From Vezdaea acicularis (Eukaryota): a stretch of DNA of 48,485 bases. Shown piece by piece: positions 36,327-47,628 of the stretch. The position numbers and the translations under genes were made by a program. The notes under the pieces are model-generated. The model saw only the letters and a list, made by a program, of their open reading frames with translations, was not told the origin of the DNA and did not search any database. Each line of letters starts with the position of its first letter. The stretch's first letter is position 1. The stretch spans positions 1-48,485 of the forward strand of contig JAPEUI010000120.1 in the NCBI GenBank assembly GCA_026025075.1. The letters are read 5' to 3'.

Positions 36327-37133
36327 GGCAGGCAGGATTAAATGGTATCAAGGACTGCCTGGCGCTAGGATTCGGGCTATTATAATGGGACTTACAGGAC
36401 TGAAGAGCCATAAAGTCATGGCTGGTTATTAACGATTGACCATGACATTTAGAGTACAATTGGCGAACAGAGATATCCTGGCTCGGCGAAACGGGCGAAT
36501 GAGAATATGCGACTCCACTTCAAACCCTTGGGAAATTTTGGTTTTTTTTATGTTTTTGAGGCCGGGCCCTGCTTTCGCAGTGGGCTAAATAGACGCTGTG
36601 CTCACATTCACGTCGATCCGAAATATATCCGGTCCATCTCGTTAAGTTGTTCTGCTCAGGGGTTGCTGAGTACGCGAGCTACCCCTGATACTGGTACTGA
36701 CGAGTGTGGAATGCGATGCGGCCGTGCACTAAACCGCACGGCCAAACCAATACTCTCTAAGATCTCATCCGAAGATCTTAGCTTACCCTTTCATTGCGTT
36801 TTCCGGAATATCTTACTCCGATTTCTTGTTTGCCCCCTTTCATGCACGCCAGCTAGGCAAAAACCCAAATCCCTTGTTTCTTTTCCCCCTTCAAGAGCAT
36901 CATTTACACCGCGCCTCGTCCCCCATGAAGTCTTGCGTATGAGATATCAACGCATTCGCAAGAGGCAGGAGAGCTGGCGGTGGTACTCCTCAACTGCTTC
37001 CAGAGAAACACATCGGGATGAGGACCAATCGATCATGAGCCCCTGAAAGGCATTAAATTGAAGGAGCTTAGGGATCGGTGCACAATATCACCGCCCGCTG
37101 CGCTGGCTCGGAATACCTCAGGCCCCAGGAGGA

Positions 37134-37156
37134 GGTGGTGGTGGTGGTGGTGGTGG
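37134..37156 (+). repeat. (GGT)7 microsatellite
   Basis: Read directly from the sequence; preceded by GGAGGA. Confidence 0.9.
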
Positions 37157-37941
37157 ATCTGCGTTAGATAGGTTTGTTGGGGTGCAGGTTGGGGTGGAAG
37201 AGATGAAGGGAAACTTCACACTATACGCGGAAACTAGAAAAGGTGATTCAGAGAATGAGGAGGTTCAACGCTTACTAGTCCTCGCCCCGCGCAGACTGTC
37301 AGATGAGTGCAAGGACTTGTGCCTCTGATCGTGTTTACGCTACAGTCTTACGCCTTGCCGAAGAGGGTACTTGGTCATGCTGTCTGTTTCTGGGTCTGAG
37401 TGGGAGTGTTTGGACGTCAGGCCCCCCTTTAAAGTGTATCGCCCTTGGCTGTGCGGTTGGGATGATGGAATGGTTGGCGGGTTCGAAGGTCACCACCACC
37501 ATGACATGAAAGATGAAATGCAAATGGGTGGTTGGGAGGTTGCGCTTCCATACTTTGACTGATACTTAGGCACAGTCAGGGGAAGGACTGGCGATGTTAA
37601 GAGCAGTCCTAGCATTTGCTCGAGGGCGTGATGCTGCTGAAGAATATACAGAGTGATGAGACATGCTTGGAGACTCCCCAAACCACAGCGCAGCAAAGGT
37701 GAAACCTTCCATTCGGCCACTACATAGTAGGCTCGCTATTGCTAATTTACCTCCCTTTCGCCCTTCCCAATATGCTCCGATGACCGGCCTTTGCCTTCGC
37801 TTTCTAAGCTTCCCCTTCCCTAACATTCGGCGATGCAATTACCAAAAGCTATATCCCTAAATTTCGCAGTCTTCCAATAACACCATGCACGTCGGTCTAT
37901 AAATATCCCCAAACACGTGTCCTTACGGGGCAAATAATCGG

Positions 37942-39469
37942 CTACAGCCTATTCCGTCTGCAGCGCCAACAGGCCAGGATCTTGCATTGTTTGCACTCGA
38001 AGATATACCGCGGAAGGTTGTGGAAGCACTCCTCGCACTGTCGGGGCCCGGCGAGGTAGTTCCAGCCTTGATGCTTACATTCGTGGTCAACACGTAAATT
38101 ATCCATGATCCGGTTTATGTGAGCTGGTCGAGGCACATAGGCATCCAATGCTTCAACAAAGTTATGAAATTCAAGAGGGTCTTCGTGCACTACGCCAGCC
38201 GGCGCCGCGATGGCATCTTGCGGTTCCTCCTCTTCGAGGGCAGGAACTGGGTCTGCAACAGCATTGCCATATTGAAAGCCAATGCCCTCAATCCCTCCAT
38301 AATCAGCTGGCGGTTCTTGCGGTTGGCGCCTTGCTGCAACTTGTACAGCTCTATTTTCGAGCAGTCGCTCATCCCATGCATCACATGTGCACGTTTTCCA
38401 TGGTGCGGCGCAGACATAACAGAACTCAGCTTTGCACAGACAACTGATACAGTGTTACTTCCCCTCAGATAATAGTCATGGGATGCTACACTCACGTTAT
38501 GTGATGACAGCCCTGCGAGAGCTCTACCAGTCGACGACAAGAATAGCAGCGTTGCCAGCCATTTATTGCAGCAGCGTCCAAAGCTACCTGCAAGCTCAAA
38601 TCGCCTGGACAGTCGCCGTCATGGTCTTCATCTTTGCATATCGTGCACGTTCTGGATCCACAATCCGGGCATTCCACAACCTCGTCCACAATTTCTTTCG
38701 TCGGAATGAACTTGCCACAGAGTCGTAATGAACAATAAGTTCGGTCGCGAGTCTGATACTCTTCTGCCTTTTTCAAGAAGCTTTGTCCGAGATGCTTGGG
38801 CAGGAATACCGAGGCGTCTTCAAAGGGAATTTCTTGACTGCAGCACCGGATGGGAAAGAGACTTTCATCCCTAAGCGCGACTGTGTAGAGTTCGATGAGA
38901 CAGCCACGGCAGTAGTCGTGACCGCATGGTACCGTTAAGATGTCAAAGAAGTGCGATGTCTGTTGGCAGACCACACATGGCAGTTCTTTTGGGCGGGTAG
39001 GAATATTCTTCATTCGGCCTTTACCTTTGGCCTTCGAGGAAGACGGTTCGCCGTCCTCATAACCATCGTCACTCTCGACTCGCAGGTGGCCCATCTGCAA
39101 TGGGAGATCCTCGAAAGAGCCATTCAAAGAGGCATATCTCCAGAAAGATTTGTCTAAAGATGCTTCGTGATTATAGTTCGGGGTCTGTGGCTCAACCGCA
39201 ATATTGCCCAGTCGACAAGCTATATCTCTATCTCTGAGCGCTGCTTCTTCCTCCGCCCTAAGATTGTTCAAGGCCACGTCATCTGCGAATACGGCCTGAG
39301 CCATACTGATAGCCATGGTCTGGTCGGCTTGGAATGTATCCCAGGCATCAAGTTCCTCTTTCAACGCATCAAGCGCTCCTTTGTAGACATCGTCGACGCC
39401 CGATTGCTCAAGGTCAGCGAGATCTTGTTTATGAAGGGAGCTAATCAGCCTAGCTGTTGCAACATCCAT
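37942..39469 (-). CDS. RBR-type (RING1-IBR-RING2) E3 ubiquitin ligase; intron 38495-38444
   Basis: CVVC..PCGHDYCRGCL..DESLFPIRCC; IBR RTYCS..C..CPDC..TCTIC..H..C; RING2 GWQRCYSC..VELSQGCHHIT|CLCKAEFCYVC..WKTCTC; C-terminal Cys cluster ending CWRCRRNRL. Confidence 0.9.
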
Positions 39470-40413
39470 TGCCTTCTAGAGATTAAACTGAACGCGAAGT
39501 AATTGAAAGTCAGTAATGGCAGGTAGTAGAAGTTTCGTATAGTGACCAGTACTGTGCTCAAGGTTGAAGTTGCAACCGGACCAAGGAAACTCCGATCCAA
39601 CGTCTTCGCCCAACCATCCCACCTGCAGATAACCTAGCCTTGTCCACGACCGGAAGAGTCAACGTTATGATACATGGCATTGCAGGGCTTGGCCCATTAG
39701 GACCTCATCGAGTTGTCGCATGCAAACGCCGGTCCGATGGAGTCTTCGGTCCTCGAATAGATGTCATAGCTTCGATGCGACACTAATGTAAGTTTCCGTC
39801 CAACTTGTCCAAACGGAGCGCGGCCTACGCGTGCCACCTTGGGAAGGTTCCCCCGCCTTCAGAAAGAATCGGTCATCAATCCACCCAAGTCGCCACGAAG
39901 TCAAAAAAAACCGCATGGGAAGATAGTGAACATTTTCCTCATAAAATTCAAACTTCCAGAATTCAAAATGAAGCTGTGGTAGTAGGAGTATTCCCTCGGT
40001 CTCAAATTAAATAGATTTGCAGACTCGATCCCATGCCAATGACTCGGAGCTGTAGCACAACAACATTCTCTCACATGCGATGATAATGCCGCGTTCAAGA
40101 TCGATATGATTGGCATGATCTATATAGCTATTGTGCGCTCATGCGCTTTATCTCGTTCTCAATTGCGTTGAAGGAGCAACTTCTGCTTCTCATAACCCTA
40201 GCCCTGATTCTGATTGAAGCCGCTTTCGATGAAACATCTGGCAGTCCAAATCTTCTTCAGGACTCTTGAGAATCGAAGGTGCGGTTGATTAGACAAAATC
40301 AGATGCTCTGGTGTGTAGTAAAATGACACACAAGACAACAGCATCCACTCAGCTTGAGCCTAACATCCCCATAGTCTACTCCTAGGGACGCCCAGCATAC
40401 TGCTTGTCAGCTC

Positions 40414-41494
40414 TCAACAACCCAAGAGCGCAGAATTGACCGCATCCGGCCCGTCTGACGCCGCTGCTTCCGCGATGCTCGTCGCTGCCGCCGCATCACA
40501 TCCTTCATTCTCAAGCACCGAGATGACGGACGAGACTGTCAGTTGATAGGCCAAGGTCAACGACTGCACGACGCCGCCACCACCATAGACGTTCCCGCGA
40601 CAGTGCGCGAGGCCTGGGAAGCGGGCGAAGAAGGCATCAGGTACCAAAAGTGGAGTGCCGGCCTCGCTGGTACCCTGACCAATCGACGGATCAAATTCCG
40701 AGCCGTTGGTGCTGTTGGATGCGAGGTAGAGGGAGGACTCGCCGTCGCCTGGAAGATAGACTCCCGTTTGCTCCCATCCGTCCGAGTTGGGCGCTCTTGC
40801 GCTAACGGAGCAGGAGTCAGACGTTGACATTTGCTGAAGGAACAAAAGAGTGAAGGGAGTGGGACTCGTGATCGTGGTGATGCCTTGGAGGTCGTTGAAA
40901 AACACGGCCGTGGTCGCGACGCTGTTGGCGTCATCGCTGTTCAAGGACACAGTGGAAGTTGATTGGAATATGGTACTATGGTTCTGATTGACGTATTCAT
41001 AGACGTGCGCCACAGTGACAGTGTGATTGAGGTCTGTATCCCAATAATTGACCAGTTCCTGCATCCCCATTGAGCAAGTGCAATTACTTGTTGCTGCTGT
41101 TGCTGCTGGACTGGCTGTGAGATTACCCCAAACTATTGCAATGTCAAACTATACTGACGGAAACTCGCTTCCTGTTGTGGACGGACATACCACTTTCATG
41201 TGCAGCTAAGTTTGTTGGTGGAGGTACATCCAAGAGTTGGGTTGAGTAGCTAGACGCAAAGCCAACAGAGGGTACCTCCTTATATACAGTGATAATTGCT
41301 ACGCCATCATATGAAGTCGACGTCGGACTTGCTCCCAAACTACTAGCCTGTCCAGGTGCAGGAATAGGGCTTGACGAGCCATATACTATAGCATATTCAG
41401 TGTTTGTTGGTGTAGGACCTGGCAGGCAGCAGACCCTAGAGCTCAACGAAAGTAAAGTCTGAAGCAAAAGGGAAAGTTGTTGAAAGCGCAACAT
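40414..41494 (-). CDS. Putative secreted Ser/Thr-rich protein; two exons, splice junction (~41190-41118) uncertain
   Basis: Signal-like MLRFQQLSLLLQTLLSLSSRVCC; GTATGT donor at 41190; 218-aa downstream ORF with sequons and ITSPTPF; homologous C-terminus found in the adjacent paralog. Confidence 0.62.
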
Positions 41495-41771
41495 CCTTAT
41501 TAAAACAACCCGTACAATGAAATGTCCTGGCTAGAGCTCAGTAGACAACCCCGAGGCGCTGGGCGGCTGTTAGCGGAGGTTTTAAGTATCTTGAAATGCC
41601 TCATCGTGGTACGTGCGACCTTCCTCCTGCTGGGAGATCAGATTAGATCTATTTTCCCATTAGAAGGTAAATAGAGCGTCAGCCTACCTCTCGTGCAACC
41701 AACAATAATGATGGTTTTGCAATGTGTTTCTCTCACCTACCCAATACTCACCCAACAAGCTTATGAGAATG

Positions 41772-42960
41772 TCAATTAGGAACGGGGCCGCTTGACGCCG
41801 CTGACGAAGCCAGTGCCCCTGCTGCGACACGATCACAGCCCTCGTTAACCAGTACCGCAGCAACCAACACAATTATACAACTCGCTTGTCTTAACTAGAG
41901 TCTGTAGTAGAGGCCGCTTGACGCCGCTGACGAGGCCAGTGCTGTTGCTGCGGCACGATCACATCCCTCGTCAACCAGTACCGAAGAGCCTGAGACGCAG
42001 CAAGCAATTCGCTCGCCACAAAACGAGGTCCTCAGCAGAGGCTTCTTGGTTCAACATGAAGACGCAAAGGAAATCTCTGGTCCAGAATATCCACACTAGG
42101 ACAAGCGTGGACGTCTGAATAGCTCCCTTTCAAACTAACGACGGTGGCACGATTGGGTAATGCGAACGCGCTGCTCCATGTTCTACCAACTTACAACATT
42201 TAAAGAAGTAGATTTGGTGATAGGAGATTCAAGTGTAACCTCTGAGCATGCCGTTCCGTGGAAAGGGTAAATGATACGAGTTGTGCACGTACCAGTAGGG
42301 CAAGAGCAGTTGAATCAGAGCTTCCAGCTGAAGCTGTGCCCCAGTCCAGTCATCAAGCACCAGTTGATCCAGATACGGAAGACCAGGTAAAAAATGACCA
42401 ACAAGGCTCACCATCAGAAGCTCAAGTGTAACAGATGGAGGAAGAGGAAGAGCGCGCGATGTCGCCATAATCAACATCTCCGCGCCAGTGAAAGGCTCGT
42501 GTAACAATCAAACAGTAAGAAAATTCCAGCTGCTGATGCTCGATAATTGTGCGCAGTTCGCATAGGACGTGCAAGATCAGGAAGGCGCAGATGCAAACGA
42601 AAGATTCTCAATATCGCGAAATACCTCACGATAGTGTGCGCAATACCGACATGAGCGAAATTCACCCGATAAGTTCCACTTCCCTGTGCCATGAGCGAGA
42701 AAACCTGCATATCCTCGTACCAGCAAAGTCTTTCCCATTTGATGGAAGGTGCCGTAGATGGACTTCGCCCAGACGCTAGGAGAGCAAGGTTGTAGACTGT
42801 CACGGAAACAATAAAATGATGCGCTTGCGGTAACGACTCCAGCGATGGATGGTGCAGTTTCTAGTGTCAAGCGCGTGTTCCTGGAGATGACAGGTAAAAA
42901 TATCAAACTGTGTAGAAAGACTTCATCAACATTCAAAGAAAGGGTGTCGTGCAGGACCAT
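41772..42960 (-). pseudogene. Decayed tandem paralog of the 40414-41494 secreted-protein gene, with a duplicated C-terminal segment
   Basis: Minus-strand SVLVDEGCDRAAATALASSAASSG and AVLVNEGCDRVAAGALASSAASSGP match SVLENEGCDAAAATSIAEAAASDGP; upstream similarity is broken across frames. The 5' limit is tentative. Confidence 0.6.
41786..41983. repeat. Imperfect 72-bp direct repeat (41786-41857 and 41912-41983), period 126 bp
   Basis: GGCCGCTTGACGCCGCTGACGA.GCCAGTGC...GCTGCG.CACGATCACA.CCCTCGT.AACCAGTACCG occurs twice. Confidence 0.92.
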
Positions 42961-45241
42961 AGTTAGCCGTATACAGCGAGCAGATCGCATGAGCCAACTA
43001 CTCCTTCCCGATTCGTCGCCCATTATTGCATCAAAGCTAAAGGCCTAGATGGCATTCCTGGACATCGGTGACTCCTCAACGCGGACGACGAGCCCGCTCG
43101 GAATTAGTGAGAGCAATGCACTGTCACTGCTACCGAACAGCGCGGTCGCTCCTTCAGAGACACCATTGACCAGGGACCAGGATTTGGATGGAGCCCCCTT
43201 CCACGCCATCGCAGAAACAGGGCCGCGTCAGCAGCCCATTCCGCGCTCGGAACCCTCGAAGTCGCACATGGGCGCAGAGCCACGTAAGACCATCCGAGCA
43301 CATATGCCATCGATGTAGTTCGACGAAACATGATGCACCGGGCGCCGACAGGAGAGAGGCAAGGGGGGTTGCAGCGAGACAAGCTTTTTGGCGAGAAAGC
43401 TTAGTATGGGACAAGCTTTCTTGACGCGCGTCTTGGCATTCTCGTTCTGCAAATCGAGCGGGTTTGGGTGGAATGGTGTGGGTTTTTGTCGCGGATTGGC
43501 TTTCGCGTGACACCCCCTGGTTTTGGGCGGCAGGGTGGGCTCAGTGGGGGCTTTTCATTGGTATGTAGGGCCCGGCACTACTCGGAATAGAGAGACCACG
43601 GGCGATTGCGTTCCGGCGCGGAGAGTCGTCGAGGAAAGGGGAAAAGGGGGGGACTATTTTCGATATTTGAACGCGCTAGTGGGGGGAGGAGCGCGCTTAG
43701 CACTTTTCTGGCGGTTTCATTTCCACTCGGCTCGCTTGTGCGTTTTCCCGACAGGTGGAAGCGGGCGCGCGGGGGGTGCGCGAGAGAGAGGGCGTTGGTG
43801 AAGAAGAAAAATACGTGGGAAGGGTCCACGCAAGCAGCGGGATAAGGAAATGACGAAGGTGAGATGATTCCGGTGTCAGAGAATGCTGGAAAGCGATTTT
43901 CGGGGTGGTTGGGCGAAAGGAGCGTTTCGGATGGCCGCGTCAGGAGGAGTCAGGAAGCCGGCTCCCGAATTCACCACCCGCCGGCGCCACAAAGCTTGTC
44001 GTCGTCGATCCAAGGCTTGTCTTCACGCACCCGCACCCGCGCGGAGGAGGGAGTGCGACAGCGACGGACCCCGTTCGGCCATGTTTCATCGACTCGCCCT
44101 TACCTGATGCGCAAACCCTCAAACCATCCACTCGTCCGTGCTCAGGTCCGCTCCATCTGATACGATCGTTGCGTGGTAATTCATCGGATGGCGAGGTCTT
44201 GGCGTCGACGGCGTGGTCGCGTGCCCCGGCGCTGATAAGGCCCTCGGCTTCGTGTGAGATGATGACGACGCCAAGCCAAAAAGACGTTGTAGCTACAATA
44301 AGCAAAAGGGTGAGGCCGCACTGCTGGCGCAAACTGAGCTACCACTGCGCGCCGGGCCATATCGCCATCGCAATGGTCTCCTGTGACTGGTCTGTCCATG
44401 CCGCTGGCCGATGTCGATCGGGCAATTGCCTCATCGTGCTTGCGCGAGGGCCGAGCCTACGGTGGAGGAGGTTGCATTGGTGTGCCATCCACTTTCTCGC
44501 CTTCCACGTCTAATCGCTCGTGTGCAAGGGAAAGCCAAAAAGGAATGAGCTTCAACGGTCGACGGGGCAGGGCTCTCTCGACAAGTCGCACGGCCGAACG
44601 ATGCCGATGCCGATGCCTTCTGCTTTGCTTGTTCCAATCGGCTGAGACGAAGAGCACGACCAGGCCATCGCTGGGCCGCCCGCTAGACCCGCGCTACAGT
44701 CTCGCTCGGAGCCTTCCCTCCCCCCCCGCTAAGGCCAGCGCACTGAGGCCCAGCGTTCGCTCGCTTTTTTTCTCGCCTTCGTCCCGGTCGTCTTTTCTTT
44801 CCCCCCATCATCCCCGTGCGGCTTTTGGCTCCACCAACGATGGCAGACCACCGTTTTGACCGCGGTGGCAGGGGCCTGCCCATGCCTTCACCTCCTCATT
44901 ATAGCGCGCACTGCCGTCCTCTCCGTGCGTGCCGGCCGACGCTCACGTCAAGATCTTCTTCTTCGTCCTCCTCCTCCTTCAAAGCTTTGTCTGTCCTATC
45001 CCCCGCGCTTCTTGAACCCTTCACCCCGTGTGCACGCGACCACCCCATTGGCGACCGTTCGAATTCGGCGCCACGAGCCACCACGGCGCCCCGTTTGCCA
45101 GCCTTTATCTAGAAGTCTATCTCCTCCCTCCAATCTCGTTGTCCGTGTTTTCTCCGTCTGACCCTTCCACCTCGTCGACCGTACGCTCGTCGCTCCAAGA
45201 CTATGCTCTCGCCCTTTACGAAGCGGTAACCATTCGCCCAA

Positions 45242-46489
45242 ATGCTTCGCCGCTTGCTCCCGTGCATTGGTGTCGCATGCTCCCTCTTCGCCCTGGCTGA
45301 TGCCCGGCCGTTTACAAAGAAAGACGTCCATTTCCTGAGCCTGCCCACAAAGCTGGCCAAGGATCACAGCGGACGTGGAGGCGACCCGGCAGACAAATAC
45401 TTCCGTATGTCACCCTGTCCCATTTGCTTCGAGATGGCATTGCTAACCCCGTTCACCTAGATGAATCCACGTAAGAGGAACTTGCCCCGATCGTGATCAA
45501 GCCGGCATACTGACAGATTCGTCACACAGCTTCCACCCTCACTATGACGGACGGTATGTGCTCTCGGCGGTCATCTTATAGCCTGCAAAGGTATGATGTC
45601 TCAAAGCGACCGAGGACTGACAGTGTCGGGCAGATTCGTCGATCATGAGATACCCGACAGCCAGCGGTTGCCAGAATTGTCGAACCTCGTTCAAAGTTAC
45701 CTTTCCACCATGCAGGACATAGGCGTGGAGACGTGGATACAGCACGGCACACTCCTTGGCTGGTGGTGGAACAGAAAGGTGAGGACCCTTCTCCGTCAGG
45801 GTTCTGTCAAGCAAAGGTCCAGTGGTTGACAGCTCCTACTCTAGATATTACCCTGGGATTCGGACCTTGATCTGCAGGTGGATGAAGCCTCCATGACGTT
45901 CCTCGCAAACTACTACAACATGACCATACACAATTTCAAACCTCCAAAGTCCGACGAGTCTGGCGAATACGAAGACGGATATGAAGTTGAAGGTGAAGAC
46001 CAAGAGGACGAGGGGAGGGCGTACATGCTCGAGATAAACCCCCACTATAGCAACCCCAGCCCTACCGACCGCCTCAACATGATCGACGCGAGATGGGTCG
46101 ACACCATCACCGGCCTGTTCATCGACGTGACGGCAGTCAGGAAGAACGACAGTGCGCCGGAGCCGGGGACGCTGAGCTGCAAAGACGGGCATCACTACCG
46201 GGACTCGGACATATTTCCCCTGCGCGAGAGCATTTTCGAAGGCCAGGTCGTCAAGATCCCTTACGCCTACTCGGAGATCTTGTTGGAGGAGTACGGAGAG
46301 AAGGCTCTCACGCGGACAAGTTTTAACGGGTGGGTAGAGTTCTACTCCGCATGTCAGAGGCAACCCATTAACATCAATAACAGTCATAAATGGAACCAGG
46401 AGACTCTTGTGTGGGAGCCATTCAACCCAATCCGAAAGTTCGCTCCACCATCGCCGGCAAGGCCGCGTCTCGGAAGTCCTCTCAAATAG
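45242..46489 (+). CDS. LicD-family phosphotransferase (Mnn4-like/fukutin-related) with N-terminal signal/anchor; includes 10-nt and 24-nt exons
   Basis: Spliced KYFHESTFHPHYDGRF, ETWIQHGTLLGWWWNRKILPWDSDLDLQV, YMLEINP, NMIDARWVDTITGLFIDVT, CKDGHHY, IFPLRES.FEG..IPY.Y..IL.EEYG. Confidence 0.92.
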
Positions 46490-47495
46490 TCCGCCATATC
46501 AAAATCACATTCTAAAAGCTAGGGATCGCCATAACGCGCCCGTCATCTTACCATTTCATATGGACCGGAAAACCATCGGCATCATCGTCACCCTGGCGTT
46601 CTCAAACCCCAGCATTTACGAATATACGGACCTCCTCCTACATATCCATCACCTGCCCTCCCACTCACTCCCTTCCAAACCCCGTCTCCTTGTCTCAATC
46701 CCACTCTAGCGATTCAGCGAACTTCAACATGCATCGGTCTCGACATCCGCATCAGCATCGGCATCGGCATCGGCGTACAGGCTCTTATCACAAGCTTCAC
46801 CCAAGCTTTCTTTTCTTTTGTCCATGGTGAACTTTCGGGAAGGGGCAGCAGGATACTTGGCTTAACTCTGCTTGCTGGTTTCTTTTTCTTGCCCGAAAGC
46901 CCCTATCATCGGCGCACGTACTCATCATACCATTTGCATTGGCGGCGGAGGATCGGCTTTGACAGCATCTGGCTTGGCGTCGTTTGGGCGTCTGTTTGTG
47001 TAGCGTACAGAGATAGGTAGAGAGAATGTATGAATAAATGTATCTGAGAAATCTTGAGATGTGATGTTTGTGAAGTGTGCGCTCCGCGGTTGGGGATGTG
47101 AACACCTTGCGTGTGTGACTTGGGACAGGGCTGATATGGCTTAGAGAAAATTCAGGGATGAAGTGTACTTTGAAGATGAGATTTTTAGGGTTTTACTTGT
47201 GGAGTGGGAAAGGTGGTCGGTGAGATTTGTATTTTCCTTTGTTGTTAATGTTTCTTGGCCTACACGGTTCTCTCGAGCGGGACTAGGCGGTTGGACACCA
47301 CAGTCATTTCGAGGTTAGATGCTCAAGTTACCACAGACTAAGATAAGCTTGATGTATGTGCTTAAAGAATTTCACCCTAGCCTTCTCAACGGTAGATGCA
47401 TCAAGAAGAATTTGGGAAATATCTGTATAATTTTGAGTTCCAAAGGTCACGTTGCTTGGTGCTATGTGTAGCGCGAACCGGGAACGCGTATCTTC

Positions 47496-47537
47496 GCGAT
47501 CTCGCCAATCTCACGATTCGCGTGCGTCGTGACGTCA
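47496..47537. promoter_or_regulatory. Photolyase upstream region with GATN-type repeats and a TGACGTCA (CRE/ATF) palindrome
   Basis: CGATCTCGCCAATCTCACGATTCG followed by TGACGTCA (47530-47537). These are short motifs and their function is inferred. Confidence 0.3.
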
Positions 47538-47628
47538 AAGACAGGCCAGGCACCCTCTCTTTGCAGCCATTGCTCTTGAATGTTCTGTTATACCCATGCT
47601 AATTTTCCAGGGAGCATTCTAAGATTTT

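Noticed and set aside
36507..37046. 179-aa + strand ORF
   Set aside because: No domain or coding-like composition; the splice signals in this region are on the opposite strand.
41786..41983. Direct repeats as a CRISPR-like array or LTR pair
   Set aside because: Only two imperfect copies in a eukaryotic context; explained as duplicated coding sequence of the neighbouring gene family.
43540..43560. CTCAGTGGGGGCTTTTCATT, resembling RNase MRP CR-V
   Set aside because: No GAAAGTCCCC-type CR-I found upstream on the same strand.
46750..46930. ATGATGA (C-box-like) on the minus strand with a distant CTGA
   Set aside because: Spacing is too long, with no terminal stem or recognisable rRNA guide.
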